A program made the translations under genes and the position numbers. 64,000 bases of DNA. Origin: a virus. Its lineage: Duplodnaviria; Caudoviricetes. The notes under the pieces were generated by a model that saw only the letters and a list, made by a program, of their open reading frames with translations, did not search any database and had not been told where the DNA came from. The stretch is taken from IMG/VR virus record IMGVR_UViG_2873571580_000001. The stretch is one strand, 5' to 3'. Below, one piece after another: positions 36,884 to 46,357 of this stretch. The number at the start of each line of letters is the position of its first letter. Within the stretch, counting starts at the first letter, position 1.

Positions 36884-37759
36884 GTGAAGTACGCATTCAT
36901 CAAGCGCCATGAAGGTGAGTACAGCATTCGCCGACTGTGCAAGGTCATGGCTGTACACCCTAGCGGCTACTACGCCTGGAAGGCGCAACCGATGAGCCTT
37001 CGTGCAAAGGACGATCAACGTCTGTTGGGTCTTCTCAAGCATGCGTGGCTCGAGAGTGGTGGCGTCTATGGCTATCGCAAGCTGACCATGGACATGCGTG
37101 ATTTGGGCGAGAGCTGCGGCAAGCATCGCGTGGCACGACTGCTCAAAATCGAGGGGCTGCGCTCACAGACGGGCTACAAACGCCGTGCAGGCATGCGTGG
37201 CGGCAAACCTGCCATCGTCGCGCCCAATCACTTGCAGCGCCGCTTCGCAGCGGCCGAGCCCAACCAAGCTTGGGTGACTGACATCACATACATCCGCACC
37301 CATGAAGGTTGGCTGTATCTGGCGGTGGTGGTTGACCTGTTCTCACGTCAGGTTGTTGGCTGGTCTATGGGCAGCCGCATCGATACTGGCTTGGTGCTCG
37401 ATGCACTGTTGATGGCCTTGTGGCGTCGCAGGCCTAAGCTGCCTGTCATGGTGCATTCGGATCAGGGTAGTCAGTTTACAGGCCATGACTGGCAGGGCTT
37501 TCTGCGAGATCACAATCTGGTCTCCAGCATGAGTCGTCGCGGCAACTGTCACGACAACGCCGTGGCCGAGAGCTTCTTCCAGTTGCTCAAGCGCGAGCGT
37601 ATTCGCCGCCAGATTTACCCGACGCGCGATGAGGCCAGGGCTGATGTCTTCAACTACATCGAGATGTTTTACAACCCGAAAAGGCGTCATGGCACCGCCG
37701 GAGATATCTCTCCGGTAGAGTTCGAAAGACGGCATTCCCAACGGCTCAACAGTGTCTAG
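36884..37759 (+). CDS. IS3 transposase OrfB (DDE)
   Basis: WVTDITYI, VHSDQGSQF, DNAVAESFF. Confidence 0.95.
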   Translation: MKYAFIKRHEGEYSIRRLCKVMAVHPSGYYAWKAQPMSLRAKDDQRLLGLLKHAWLESGGVYGYRKLTMDMRDLGESCGKHRVARLLKIEGLRSQTGYKRRAGMRGGKPAIVAPNHLQRRFAAAEPNQAWVTDITYIRTHEGWLYLAVVVDLFSRQVVGWSMGSRIDTGLVLDALLMALWRRRPKLPVMVHSDQGSQFTGHDWQGFLRDHNLVSSMSRRGNCHDNAVAESFFQLLKRERIRRQIYPTRDEARADVFNYIEMFYNPKRRHGTAGDISPVEFERRHSQRLNSV

Positions 37760-37777
37760 GAAATCCGGGGCGATTCA

Positions 37778-38120
37778 ATTCAACCCATCCAAATTTGCAC
37801 CCATTGGTTTCGAGCGTTTGAACAGAGGGCTGATTGAACGCAAGGTATCGAATACAGGGAATCGACACGCGGATTGGAAGCGTGTCGATGTCATTGAGTG
37901 GGAGGCGATAAACGGACCTGTCCCAGACGGCTGCACCCTCGTCTTGCCGAGAAACGCGAATAGGTGCTATAGCAATTTGAAGCTGGTGAGCGTAGCCGAT
38001 GTGCCTATCGTCAATTACCAACTAACTGCCCCTCCCGAGGTCAAGGAGCTTATGTCCCTGAAATCACAGTTCAGTCGGCAATTGCGAAAACTTGAAAACA
38101 TCTCAAGTCAGCCTGATTAA
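37778..38120 (+). pseudogene. HNH-endonuclease-like gene, 5'-truncated by IS3
   Basis: PIGFER...RKV...WKRVDVIEWEAINGPVPDG...NLKLVS; no start outside the IS. Confidence 0.65.
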
Positions 38121-38131
38121 GCGTCGAACAT

Positions 38132-38356
38132 ATGCAGCACGAAATCGAGAAATCACCCACTCCTGCGCTCAGCACTCCGGACATCCAAAAGCTCAAAGAT
38201 GTGCTGACACTCCTTCGCGAGCAAGGTCGACAAATTGACCTTGATCGCACCCGTCTCATTGTCAATTGCGCGTCTGATGTCATTGACGCACTCAAACTTC
38301 AATATCAAACCAGACAATCAAAGGAATGCTATGACTCCCAGCAAAACCAAAGGTAA
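38132..38356 (+). CDS. Small phage protein with DLDR motif
   Basis: IDLDRTRLIVNCAS.VID; resembles next gene. Confidence 0.55.
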   Translation: MQHEIEKSPTPALSTPDIQKLKDVLTLLREQGRQIDLDRTRLIVNCASDVIDALKLQYQTRQSKECYDSQQNQR

Positions 38357-38714
38357 GAACATCGATCATCTGCGCGACATGCTTTTCAAGCAGCTCGACC
38401 AGCTCGTCGATATGGACAAACCTGTTGACCTTGATCGCGCTCGGGTGGTTTGTGATACGTCTCGACTCTTGATCGAAATGTCGAAGGTTGAAGTGGAGTA
38501 TGCAAGGGTCATTCAAGGCGCAATAACCCTGCCGTTTATCGAGCACCAGGACGGAAGCGAGGAGCGCCCGCACCCAAGCCTTCCATCAGCATCCGCAGGC
38601 GACGCAAGCAACACCTCCGCGGAAGATCGCACACTTCAGGCTTTGAAATCCGGACCACCCGATAACCATCCATGGCGCGGTGCTGGCAGTCGTATTCACC
38701 GACTCGACCACTGA
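38331..38714 (+). CDS. Phage protein with DLDRAR motif
   Basis: AAGGA SD; DHLRDMLFKQLDQL...VDLDRARVV...LIEMSKVEVEY. Confidence 0.7.
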   Translation: MTPSKTKGKNIDHLRDMLFKQLDQLVDMDKPVDLDRARVVCDTSRLLIEMSKVEVEYARVIQGAITLPFIEHQDGSEERPHPSLPSASAGDASNTSAEDRTLQALKSGPPDNHPWRGAGSRIHRLDH

Positions 38715-38789
38715 AATCACTACACCCCCTCATCAAAGCCGCGCTCGTCGCGGCTTTTTCTTTGGCCTCAACAATCAGTAGGTAAAGCA

Positions 38790-39311
38790 ATGCATCCAGC
38801 TTCCGCTTTTATCTCGGCGAGTTCGACCACGCTTCCTCAGTCGATCATCATCAACGGCTACCAGCTCCGCGACGCACTCAGCCTGATCGCCCCAGAGGGC
38901 ACACCCCAGCAGATGGAAACCCCGGTCTGCATTCAGCCAGGCCCGAGACGCATCACATCGCAGGGTGTGGAGCCCGCAGGTCTGTTCTGCTGGCTGGAAG
39001 AATACCCAGAGGAAGGCAGCGTTCGGCTGGACGAGAACCCGCGCGATATCCGTCTGGCCACCCCACACGACGAGCGGATCGTCAACGTCGCCCAGAAGCT
39101 TCTGGAGGCAGCCCGCTGGGTGTATGGCAATCCAGAAGCGCGAGCCCAGCCCGATGCACGCGCACTCGCCAAAGTCGTGATGCGTTTGGTCCATCCGATT
39201 CTCAACGCTCACGCTGACACGATCACCACTGGATCGAAGCGGCAGCACGGGGACTTCATCCAAGTTCCGCCGTTCAACCCCATTCTTCCCAGCCATTCGC
39301 CAGCACCATGA
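38790..39311 (+). CDS. Hypothetical phage protein
   Basis: INGYQLRDALSLIAP...WLEEYPEEGS. Confidence 0.7.
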   Translation: MHPASAFISASSTTLPQSIIINGYQLRDALSLIAPEGTPQQMETPVCIQPGPRRITSQGVEPAGLFCWLEEYPEEGSVRLDENPRDIRLATPHDERIVNVAQKLLEAARWVYGNPEARAQPDARALAKVVMRLVHPILNAHADTITTGSKRQHGDFIQVPPFNPILPSHSPAP

Positions 39312-39478
39312 AGCCACTGACACCATCGACTCACAATCGCGCCTTCTTGGCGCTATTCACTTTGCCGCCCATCAAAGAAAGCAGCGGCACCGAATTGACC
39401 GTGCCAGCCACACCAGCTCCCCCTGTTGTCACGGGCAACCGCGAACTTGATGCCGTGCCCTCAAAACGCGAAGGTTGA
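39308..39478 (+). CDS. 56-aa ORF or gene remnant
   Basis: ATGA-coupled; PPVVTGNRELDAV. Confidence 0.35.
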   Translation: MKPLTPSTHNRAFLALFTLPPIKESSGTELTVPATPAPPVVTGNRELDAVPSKREG

Positions 39479-39687
39479 ACAACATGACATCACAAAACAC
39501 TCTCGACAGCTTGGTCAAAAACGTCTCGAGCGATGCCGACAGCGAGTGGAATCAATCCCGCGAGCGACTTGAAGCGGCGGCACTTCTTGCTGCGGCAGAT
39601 CTGCTGGCGCATGCCGGCGCTGCTGGCTGCTGCATTGCTGGCCACGGTGTCAGCATCGAAGTCAAAACCATCGAATTGAACGGGTAG
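39475..39687 (+). CDS. Small hypothetical protein
   Basis: Overlap-coupled in the operon. Confidence 0.5.
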   Translation: MNNMTSQNTLDSLVKNVSSDADSEWNQSRERLEAAALLAAADLLAHAGAAGCCIAGHGVSIEVKTIELNG

Positions 39688-39693
39688 CAAGCT

Positions 39694-39924
39694 ATGACTC
39701 CCAAGACACAACCCGCAATAGCCGCTCCGCAGGTCGTGGTCACGCCGTCCAGGTATGTGACGATCGATCTTGCCGTCCACATCACCGGCTTCAGCCGCCG
39801 AGCCATCGAGGGCAAGATCGCCCGCGGTGTGTGGTTGCTTGGTCGGCAGTACAAGAAGGCAGACGGCGGAATTTTGATTGACATAAAGGAGTATGAAAAA
39901 TGGGCCGAGAAGGCAACGGCGTAG
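39694..39924 (+). CDS. xis: Excisionase
   Basis: RYVTIDLA..ITGFSRRAIEGKI.RGVW..G.QY.K..GGILID...YEKWA; overlaps int. Confidence 0.85.
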   Translation: MTPKTQPAIAAPQVVVTPSRYVTIDLAVHITGFSRRAIEGKIARGVWLLGRQYKKADGGILIDIKEYEKWAEKATA

Positions 39925-41051
39925 AGGTGCGCGACAAGTCCATTCGGGTGAATTTCACGCTGAATGGCGTTCGTCAACGCGTGACACTCGACATCCCGCC
40001 CACGCCCGCAAACGAGCGGTACGCTGAAAAGCTGGTGACCAAGGTCCGCACTGCAATCAATCGCGGTACGTTTGATTGGGAGGTGTTCTTCCCCGGCGCT
40101 CCACAGGCAAAGGCCAGGAATCCAGCGAACACCTTCGGGGAGTGGTGCGATCTGTGGCTGGACACCAAGGGGCGCTTGGCAACCAAGACCCTGAACCAGT
40201 ACCGCAACTCGCTCAACGTCTGGAAAGAGCTGCTCGGTGCGGATCGCCAAATGGACGAACTCCAGCACGCCACTGTGGCCGCAGTCGTCGGCAAGACTCC
40301 GTGGGCGTCGGCCAAGCTGCTCAACAACTACCTGATCACGTTGCGCGGCGTGTTCGCACTGGCTGGCCGGAGCCTCAAAACGGAAAACCCAATGGCCGGA
40401 ATCGAGAACAGCAAGCACCAGAAGCCACCGCCAGACCCGCTCTCGTTCCAAGAGATGGAGCAGGTCTTGGCGCACATGAAAAAGCACTGTGACCCGCGCA
40501 TGTGGGCCTATTTCGAGGTGGCATTTTTCACGGGCATGCGCCCAGAGGAATTGATTGCGCTGAAGTGGGGGGATGTGGATTGGAATGGCCAGACCATTCG
40601 CGTTGAGCGAGCGCGAACAGCAGGCGAGGTGAAGCCGCTCAAAACCTACAACGCCCGTGACGTGGATCTGGTCAGCCGAGCGCTGGCCGCCATCCAGTCC
40701 ATGAAACCGTGGACGTTCATGGGTGGGCCGGATGCCGAGATTTTCCAGAACATCGAGACCAGCAAGCCGTTGCACGATGAACGCAGCCAGCGTGACCACT
40801 TCTGGACTCCGACCCTACGGAAATTAGGTATTCGTCACCGCCGGGCGTACCAGACGCGGCACACCTATGCCACAAATTCTCTGGCCGCCGGGATCAATCC
40901 GACCTATATCGCTCGCCAGATGGGTCACAAGAACGCGAAGATGCTTTTCACCGTCTACGCGAAGTGGATCGACGGCGCAGACCGGGGGCGAGAAAAGGCC
41001 AAAATGGAAGCAATGCTCGGAAACGAAAAAACCGCCCAGAAGGCGGTTTAA
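39900..41051 (+). CDS. int: Tyrosine integrase with arm-binding domain
   Basis: TGMRPEE (R), LKT (K), YQTRH, QMGH, VYAKW (Y). Confidence 0.95.
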   Translation: MGREGNGVEVRDKSIRVNFTLNGVRQRVTLDIPPTPANERYAEKLVTKVRTAINRGTFDWEVFFPGAPQAKARNPANTFGEWCDLWLDTKGRLATKTLNQYRNSLNVWKELLGADRQMDELQHATVAAVVGKTPWASAKLLNNYLITLRGVFALAGRSLKTENPMAGIENSKHQKPPPDPLSFQEMEQVLAHMKKHCDPRMWAYFEVAFFTGMRPEELIALKWGDVDWNGQTIRVERARTAGEVKPLKTYNARDVDLVSRALAAIQSMKPWTFMGGPDAEIFQNIETSKPLHDERSQRDHFWTPTLRKLGIRHRRAYQTRHTYATNSLAAGINPTYIARQMGHKNAKMLFTVYAKWIDGADRGREKAKMEAMLGNEKTAQKAV

Positions 41052-41069
41052 TCTATTTGGAACATTCTG

Positions 41070-41089
41070 AATGTCCCTCCAATGTCCCT
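41070..41089 (+). repeat. Putative integrase arm-type sites (AATGTCCCT x2)
   Basis: Direct repeats at 41070 and 41081, between int and att core. Confidence 0.55.
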
Positions 41090-41126
41090 GAAGCCCCTGA
41101 GTCTGGTCAATCTCAGAGAGGGATAT

Positions 41127-41152
41127 TGGTAGGCGCGATTGGACTCGAACCA
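41127..41152 (-). other. att core: 26-bp tRNA 3'-end fragment (tRNA-Val-like)
   Basis: Minus strand TGGTTCGAGTCCAATCGCGCCTACCA = T-arm, acceptor 3' strand and CCA; no tRNA 5' half adjacent. Confidence 0.85.
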
Positions 41153-41232
41153 TATCTCTAGGGGAATCGAGTCGCAATCTGTCGCTACGTCACTCTAGGC
41201 GATGTGACTGGAAGCGACCAGAAAACCCATCT

Positions 41233-41254
41233 AGTTCCCTGAGAAGTTCCCTGA
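41233..41254 (+). repeat. Putative arm-type sites of the second element (AGTTCCCTGA x2)
   Basis: Direct repeats at 41233 and 41245. Confidence 0.5.
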
Positions 41255-41260
41255 AGCTCG

Positions 41261-41527
41261 CTAGCCCCGGAACTGCCCGTGCAGCAGTTTTAGCTTGTTC
41301 GCCAGCGTCTCAGCGTCGTGGCGCATATGCAGGGCCGGGATCGTACCGATACTGACATGCTCATACCAGACGTGAAATGTCTGTGTTTTCGGCATCAAGA
41401 TCGTGGCATCACGGATCGCGCTCATGATCGATCCTGCATGGAAATCTGATTGCTCCGCGTCACCATCCACGACGGTCACGCTGTACTCGCCAGGTGCGGC
41501 CTTCTCGATGATCAACGTTGGAATCAT
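41261..41527 (-). CDS. 88-aa hypothetical protein
   Basis: AGAGG SD; MIPTLIIEKAAPGEYSV. Confidence 0.6.
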   Translation of the reverse strand: MIPTLIIEKAAPGEYSVTVVDGDAEQSDFHAGSIMSAIRDATILMPKTQTFHVWYEHVSIGTIPALHMRHDAETLANKLKLLHGQFRG

Positions 41528-41678
41528 CGCTTCACCTCTGGCGTGAGTTGGATTGTTGCAAGTTTCGATGAGCGACCTGCACGATTCGGCTTGATCCAGT
41601 AGGTCCATAGTCCCTTCATCCACGCCAGCGCGTACAGCACGCTCACTCTGAAACCACACATTTGAGCGCCAGATAAGC

Positions 41679-42959
41679 CTATCTAACTTTACTTGAGCGA
41701 CGGCCCAACAAGCCGAACACACCAAGGAGCGATGCAAGAGAAACCAAGCCCGTCCAACTAGTAGCTGGAACCGGCGCTATTTCCTTGATCGATGCAGGCG
41801 CTAAGGTAACTGTCGCTGTATTGTTGGTAGCAATGGGATCTTGTGGACTTCCCATCTGGGGCTGCGCAGTTATTCCGTGCACGTCAATCGATGCGACGCT
41901 AGGACCCATCCATGAAACCGAATAGACTGCAGTTTGACCAGAATCCAACGGTTGCGTTGCACTGATGGGGCCAGCACCCGATTGTGTCAAGCAAGGTGAA
42001 CCTGAAGGTTGAAGCACACAAGTCCAAGCAGCAGTGACCCCATTAGCGACTCCCGGCAAAGGATCCGAAATAACAGCAGTGGTGGGGTCTGGTCCGTTGT
42101 TGTAAACGCTAAACGTATAGCTGTATTGGTTCAAACCGCCAGTCGGTACTTTCGCGACGGTGCTTGCACCAACAATGACCTCGGCAATAGCCTGCCTACT
42201 CATTGTGAAAAGCGTGTCATCCCAAGAGGCGCGACCGTCGGCGTTTAATCCCGTGCGATAGAGGTAAAAGCGCAACGCGTACGGCGTACCCGGCTGCAAC
42301 GTGATTCCTGGCCCCGGCCCATCCGGCGCACGAACAAACTGATAATCCACTCCGCCAATTAAGCTCACGTCATCTACTTGCTGCAACACTCCTCCAATGG
42401 AGTTACCAGCAGCATCCACCACATACGCAGCATAGCCAAACGAACGGGGATGGATATTACCATTTAGATTCCAACGCTTGGCAATCAAAGCCGCGTTCAA
42501 ATAAAATAAAGCGGACGATTCCGTGGAATCCGCATACATCATTGTTCCGGTTGTAAACGGAAACTCAATGAACTGCTGCGCATCAATGGCTGAGGACGCG
42601 TTGTTCGTCGACAAGCCAGAAATGATTTGGAAGTCCAGATATGTTGCATCGGGACTCGCACTCAGTCCCCCACCAAGTCGCTGCGGGACCGTTCCGGCCA
42701 AGAAATTTGTGTCGTGAGTATCACCTAACACAGGTGTTGGTCCCGTACTTAGCCCACTAGATCCCGGATACCAGTCTTGACTCAGAGTCCCCGGTGGACG
42801 GTTGCTCATCCAACCAGCAACCCAGCCGTCAAGCCCCGAAGCACTTGTCGGGGCGAAAACATATTGCTGCCCAAAGCTTGAAGTAGATGCGCTTACAACT
42901 AAAAATGCGCACGCGATAGACCTAAACTTCTTTGCATCTAAAAACATTTCTGCAACCAT
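41679..42959 (-). CDS. Secreted surface protein with DUF11-like domain and IPTL-CTERM-like tail
   Basis: Signal peptide; VYNNGPD...ISDPLP; APVPATSWTGLVSLASLLGVFGLLGRR. Confidence 0.75.
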   Translation of the reverse strand: MVAEMFLDAKKFRSIACAFLVVSASTSSFGQQYVFAPTSASGLDGWVAGWMSNRPPGTLSQDWYPGSSGLSTGPTPVLGDTHDTNFLAGTVPQRLGGGLSASPDATYLDFQIISGLSTNNASSAIDAQQFIEFPFTTGTMMYADSTESSALFYLNAALIAKRWNLNGNIHPRSFGYAAYVVDAAGNSIGGVLQQVDDVSLIGGVDYQFVRAPDGPGPGITLQPGTPYALRFYLYRTGLNADGRASWDDTLFTMSRQAIAEVIVGASTVAKVPTGGLNQYSYTFSVYNNGPDPTTAVISDPLPGVANGVTAAWTCVLQPSGSPCLTQSGAGPISATQPLDSGQTAVYSVSWMGPSVASIDVHGITAQPQMGSPQDPIATNNTATVTLAPASIKEIAPVPATSWTGLVSLASLLGVFGLLGRRSSKVR

Positions 42960-43239
42960 TTATCGCTTCCTGCTGAAATTTGCGTTCTTTAACATCATGC
43001 TACCAAGACAGGTGGGATGACTGTCAACTAGAAATCGCTTTTTTTCTTGAGCTTCAGTCGTCTGGTCTGTAGCAACATTGAGTTTGAGCGAATCGTGTTA
43101 TGTCCTTAAAGCAGCGCTCCGCACTCCAAAGCATGGGGCCGAGCTTTGTGGCCAGCGTGGATTGGGTCGCTCTGGAGCGGCGCGAGAGCGACCCTACCGC
43201 CGCTCTGGAGCGGCTCTAGGTGCAGACTGTGGCACAGTC

Positions 43240-44481
43240 ATGGCTACTATGAAAATCCTGATGCTGCTCGAACCAGTGGGCTATCGCGAGGGCCCTCAGT
43301 TTCTGACCTGCCACCTTTTTTGGGCGGATCTCATTGATGCAGCCGTTCGGTGCTTGGGCGGCATATTAGCGTTGGCCTCCAACAATACAATTTGTGAGCA
43401 CTGGCAAGCAGTAGACGCGACGCGGCCCTGCTTTGCCATCGACGAAGACGCCGTACTGGCTGATTTCGGAGGCGACCGGCATTTTTACGCGAAAACCTTG
43501 TACCGGAAGTCGCTGCATACGAACTATCTATGTCGCAGACTCAAGGAAATCAAGCAAACCTTTGAACCCGATTTGGTTTTAATGACTTCGCAAAACGAAT
43601 TTGTCCGTTGCGTGTTCGCCGCCACACCACAATTGTGGCTGGAACAATCACCTCTGCCTCGCTTAGGGCAGCCTTTCAGAACATTTTTCGACCCCTGCGG
43701 CCATCAGGTTGGATCAATGTTGGAAACGTGCAAGCAAGACATTATCTCCCTCGCCCTTGACCCGCTGCGCCGCTCGCAGATGGAAGCGTCGTTCGAGCGG
43801 GCTATGCAATTCACACAGAATGTCGATCCGCGCGCTGATTCGGCGCGCCAGGAATTGGCCGAGCTCCGGGTCGATCACAAGGTCGCGCTGCTCGCTACTC
43901 AACCCAGCGACTGGGTCACATTCGAGGGGGCGGGTGGAACGACGCCGCTGCGCGAACTGGTGCTGGACTGGGCCCACGGCCTTCCTCCGGGCTGGATAGG
44001 TGTGCCGACGCTCCATCCCGGGGATCAAGCGGGCCTATTCCTTTCGGAGTTAGCGCCGCTGAAAGATCCGAAACTGTACTGCTTGTCCCCAACTAATATC
44101 ATGGGACTGACGGACGCACTTATCCCTAAGGCCGATGGCTTGGTGACGCTTAGTTCGAGCTGCGCAATGTCTGCCCTTTTGCTCCAAAAGCCTGTAGTGG
44201 TGACCGGCAGCAGCCCTTTTCGGACATGGGGCGTTGAGAGCCCCGCACAAATCGAGCAATGCGCACCGTTGACGGATGACCAAGTGGTCGGATTGCTGGC
44301 TTTTCTAACCAATCGCTACTCTTTCGCGCTGGATGACATGCGTAACGACCCAAACATGCTGGGGGCATTGTTTGTCGAAACCGTAAATCGCAACGGCGCA
44401 GCACATGCTTATTTCGACCTTTCCGGTTGGAGGATAGAGAAGTTCAACCGATTGTTCTGTTGGACAGAAGGCCAGAATTGA
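43240..44481 (+). CDS. KpsC/KpsS-like capsule-type glycosyltransferase domain protein
   Basis: QPSD, LHP and LSSSCAMSALLLQKPVVVTG...F..WG motifs; ORF-track start 43078 is probably too early. Confidence 0.65.
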   Translation: MATMKILMLLEPVGYREGPQFLTCHLFWADLIDAAVRCLGGILALASNNTICEHWQAVDATRPCFAIDEDAVLADFGGDRHFYAKTLYRKSLHTNYLCRRLKEIKQTFEPDLVLMTSQNEFVRCVFAATPQLWLEQSPLPRLGQPFRTFFDPCGHQVGSMLETCKQDIISLALDPLRRSQMEASFERAMQFTQNVDPRADSARQELAELRVDHKVALLATQPSDWVTFEGAGGTTPLRELVLDWAHGLPPGWIGVPTLHPGDQAGLFLSELAPLKDPKLYCLSPTNIMGLTDALIPKADGLVTLSSSCAMSALLLQKPVVVTGSSPFRTWGVESPAQIEQCAPLTDDQVVGLLAFLTNRYSFALDDMRNDPNMLGALFVETVNRNGAAHAYFDLSGWRIEKFNRLFCWTEGQN

Positions 44482-44793
44482 TTACGAATTGTCGAGCTAG
44501 TGATCGAGACTCAACCGGCTCCTTAGCCCGAACTTATGATGCTCTGGCGTGGAGCAAGAGCGACGTCACCTACATTCTGGAACGACTCCAGGCGCACGAA
44601 GAGACGCCTCAACCCGGCACAGGGTACGGGGTAATGTCGGGATGTTACAGCGAGACAACGAGGGGCTCACCGGAAGTGGCCAACGCTGGCCGGAAGTAGT
44701 GCCCATCCGGCAACAGACGGCCAGTATCAAACATCCCAGCAAGTGAAATGAGTGACTGCCACCCTCAGATGCGGAATTTCGTCTTGTGAAGCA

Positions 44794-46254
44794 TCAACCA
44801 ACGGTGTTTTTGTAAATCACCCCGTCCTTCATAACGACGGCAAGGTTTTTTTCGGGGTCTGCAAACAGCTGTATGTTTGCCAGCGGGTCGCCATTGACTA
44901 GTAGCATGTCTGCATAGGCGCCTTCTTCAATCAAACCAAGTTTGCCAGGATACGGACTGCGTTGCCCTGACATGGCGAGCACCTCGGCGTTGACGGTTGT
45001 TGCAGTCGTCAGTATTTCGAGTGAGCTGTACCAACGGGTCATCTTTGCGAGTTGCGCCCCTTGTCGTTTGGCCAATTTCGCATCAAACAATGTGTCCGTG
45101 CCCCATGCCGTTTTCAGCTTGTATTTCTTAGCCAGCGCGTAGGCGTTGTCGGTTCCCTGCGTCATCTGCAACTGCTTGGCGCGGTTGAGCGAGCCCTCAG
45201 GAAAAGGAGTGGCGTCCTCGTCATCGAGAAACGGCTGCATGCTGAGCCAGATGCCCTTGTCGGCCATGATGCGGGCCGTGGAATCGTCCATCAGTTGGCC
45301 ATGCTCAATACAGCGCACACCGCCTCGAATAGCGGTTTGAATTGCGCGTGCCGTATATGCGTGAACGGTGACGTAGGTGCCCCAGTTTTCTGCGGCGTCG
45401 ACCGCCGCACGGAACTCGGCTTCTGTGTACTGCGAAACGTCTATGGGGTCATAGTTGGACGACACCCCGCCGCCCGCAGCAAGTTTGAGCTGGCTAGCTC
45501 CGTGCATGAGCTGTTCTCGCGCTCTCTTCAACACTTCAGCAGGACCATCGGCTATGGCACCTCCGCCAATTGCGTCGCCGCGGCTCAACGGCGCGCCCGG
45601 GGAAGAAGGCAGTTCGTAGAGCTGGCGGTAGTCCCCATGGCCCGAGGTCTGCGAAATCATAGCGCCAGAGGGCCAGATACGCGGTCCTGCAACCAGTCCG
45701 GAGTCGATGGCGCGCTTCAGACTAAAACTCGGACCGGCCATGTCGCGCACACTCGTAAAGCCTCGCAGCAGCACATCCGTTGCTTCTTTTGCGGCTGCCA
45801 AGTTAATGAAGCCCACATCAGCAGTCAGCAACTGACTGATGGGTAACGAAGCCATCATGATGTGGTAATGGGCGTCAATCAGCCCTGGCATCAAGGTGCG
45901 TCCACCACCATCAATGACCTTGACCCCTGTTAGCGGTACGGCGCCAGACGCCCCTACCGTTTTTATCTTATTTCCTTCCACAACCACAGTGAGTCCACCA
46001 CGGAGTGCATTCGATTTGCCATCGAATACCTGCACATCTGTGAAAGCGACTAGCCCCCTTGGAGGTTCGCCATTGATGGCTGAGGCCGCTTTTGGCCACA
46101 GTGCGGAGACACCTGCGGCCGCTGTTCCTGCCAAAAAACTGCGGCGCGACAGCTTGTCGTCCACCTGTTCGCACCACCTAGCAAAGGCAGGGCTATGGCA
46201 AATACACTGGAACAAGCGTGGCGATGAAGCATCGGGAATGGCGGAGTCAGACAT
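44794..46254 (-). CDS. Metal-dependent amidohydrolase (Xaa-Pro dipeptidase-like) with Tat-like signal
   Basis: SRRSFLAG; MPGLIDAHYH; LKLAAGGG; VHAY; IEHG; GTD; EGAYAD. Confidence 0.9.
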   Translation of the reverse strand: MSDSAIPDASSPRLFQCICHSPAFARWCEQVDDKLSRRSFLAGTAAAGVSALWPKAASAINGEPPRGLVAFTDVQVFDGKSNALRGGLTVVVEGNKIKTVGASGAVPLTGVKVIDGGGRTLMPGLIDAHYHIMMASLPISQLLTADVGFINLAAAKEATDVLLRGFTSVRDMAGPSFSLKRAIDSGLVAGPRIWPSGAMISQTSGHGDYRQLYELPSSPGAPLSRGDAIGGGAIADGPAEVLKRAREQLMHGASQLKLAAGGGVSSNYDPIDVSQYTEAEFRAAVDAAENWGTYVTVHAYTARAIQTAIRGGVRCIEHGQLMDDSTARIMADKGIWLSMQPFLDDEDATPFPEGSLNRAKQLQMTQGTDNAYALAKKYKLKTAWGTDTLFDAKLAKRQGAQLAKMTRWYSSLEILTTATTVNAEVLAMSGQRSPYPGKLGLIEEGAYADMLLVNGDPLANIQLFADPEKNLAVVMKDGVIYKNTVG

Positions 46255-46357
46255 GGCGTAACCTTTCAGATGGAAATCGACGCCATGACCTACGCCAGAA
46301 AGGCGCGCTCAAGGCCCTGCGTTGCAAGAACTGAGTGTGGGAGGGGCGGCAGCGTGT

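Larger units (their letters stand above)
35778..36887 (+). pseudogene. IS3 orfA split by IS5 (35778-35873 and 36705-36887)
   Basis: The two parts rejoin to match the 1-279 OrfA. Confidence 0.9.
35715..37777 (+). mobile_element. IS3-family element (1232 bp without the insert), interrupted by IS5
   Basis: TG...CA ends, imperfect IRs TGAATCGCCCCGG; no target duplication (TCTG left, ATTC right). Confidence 0.95.
343..41126. mobile_element. Prophage 1, podovirus-like temperate phage, probably defective; left boundary lies beyond the IS3
   Basis: Ordered modules int/xis, replication, nin-like, terminase, portal, lysis, scaffold, capsid, tail; ends at att core. Confidence 0.9.

Noticed and set aside
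41127-41152. Intact tRNA gene
   Set aside because: Only T-arm and acceptor 3' strand present; no D-arm or anticodon arm
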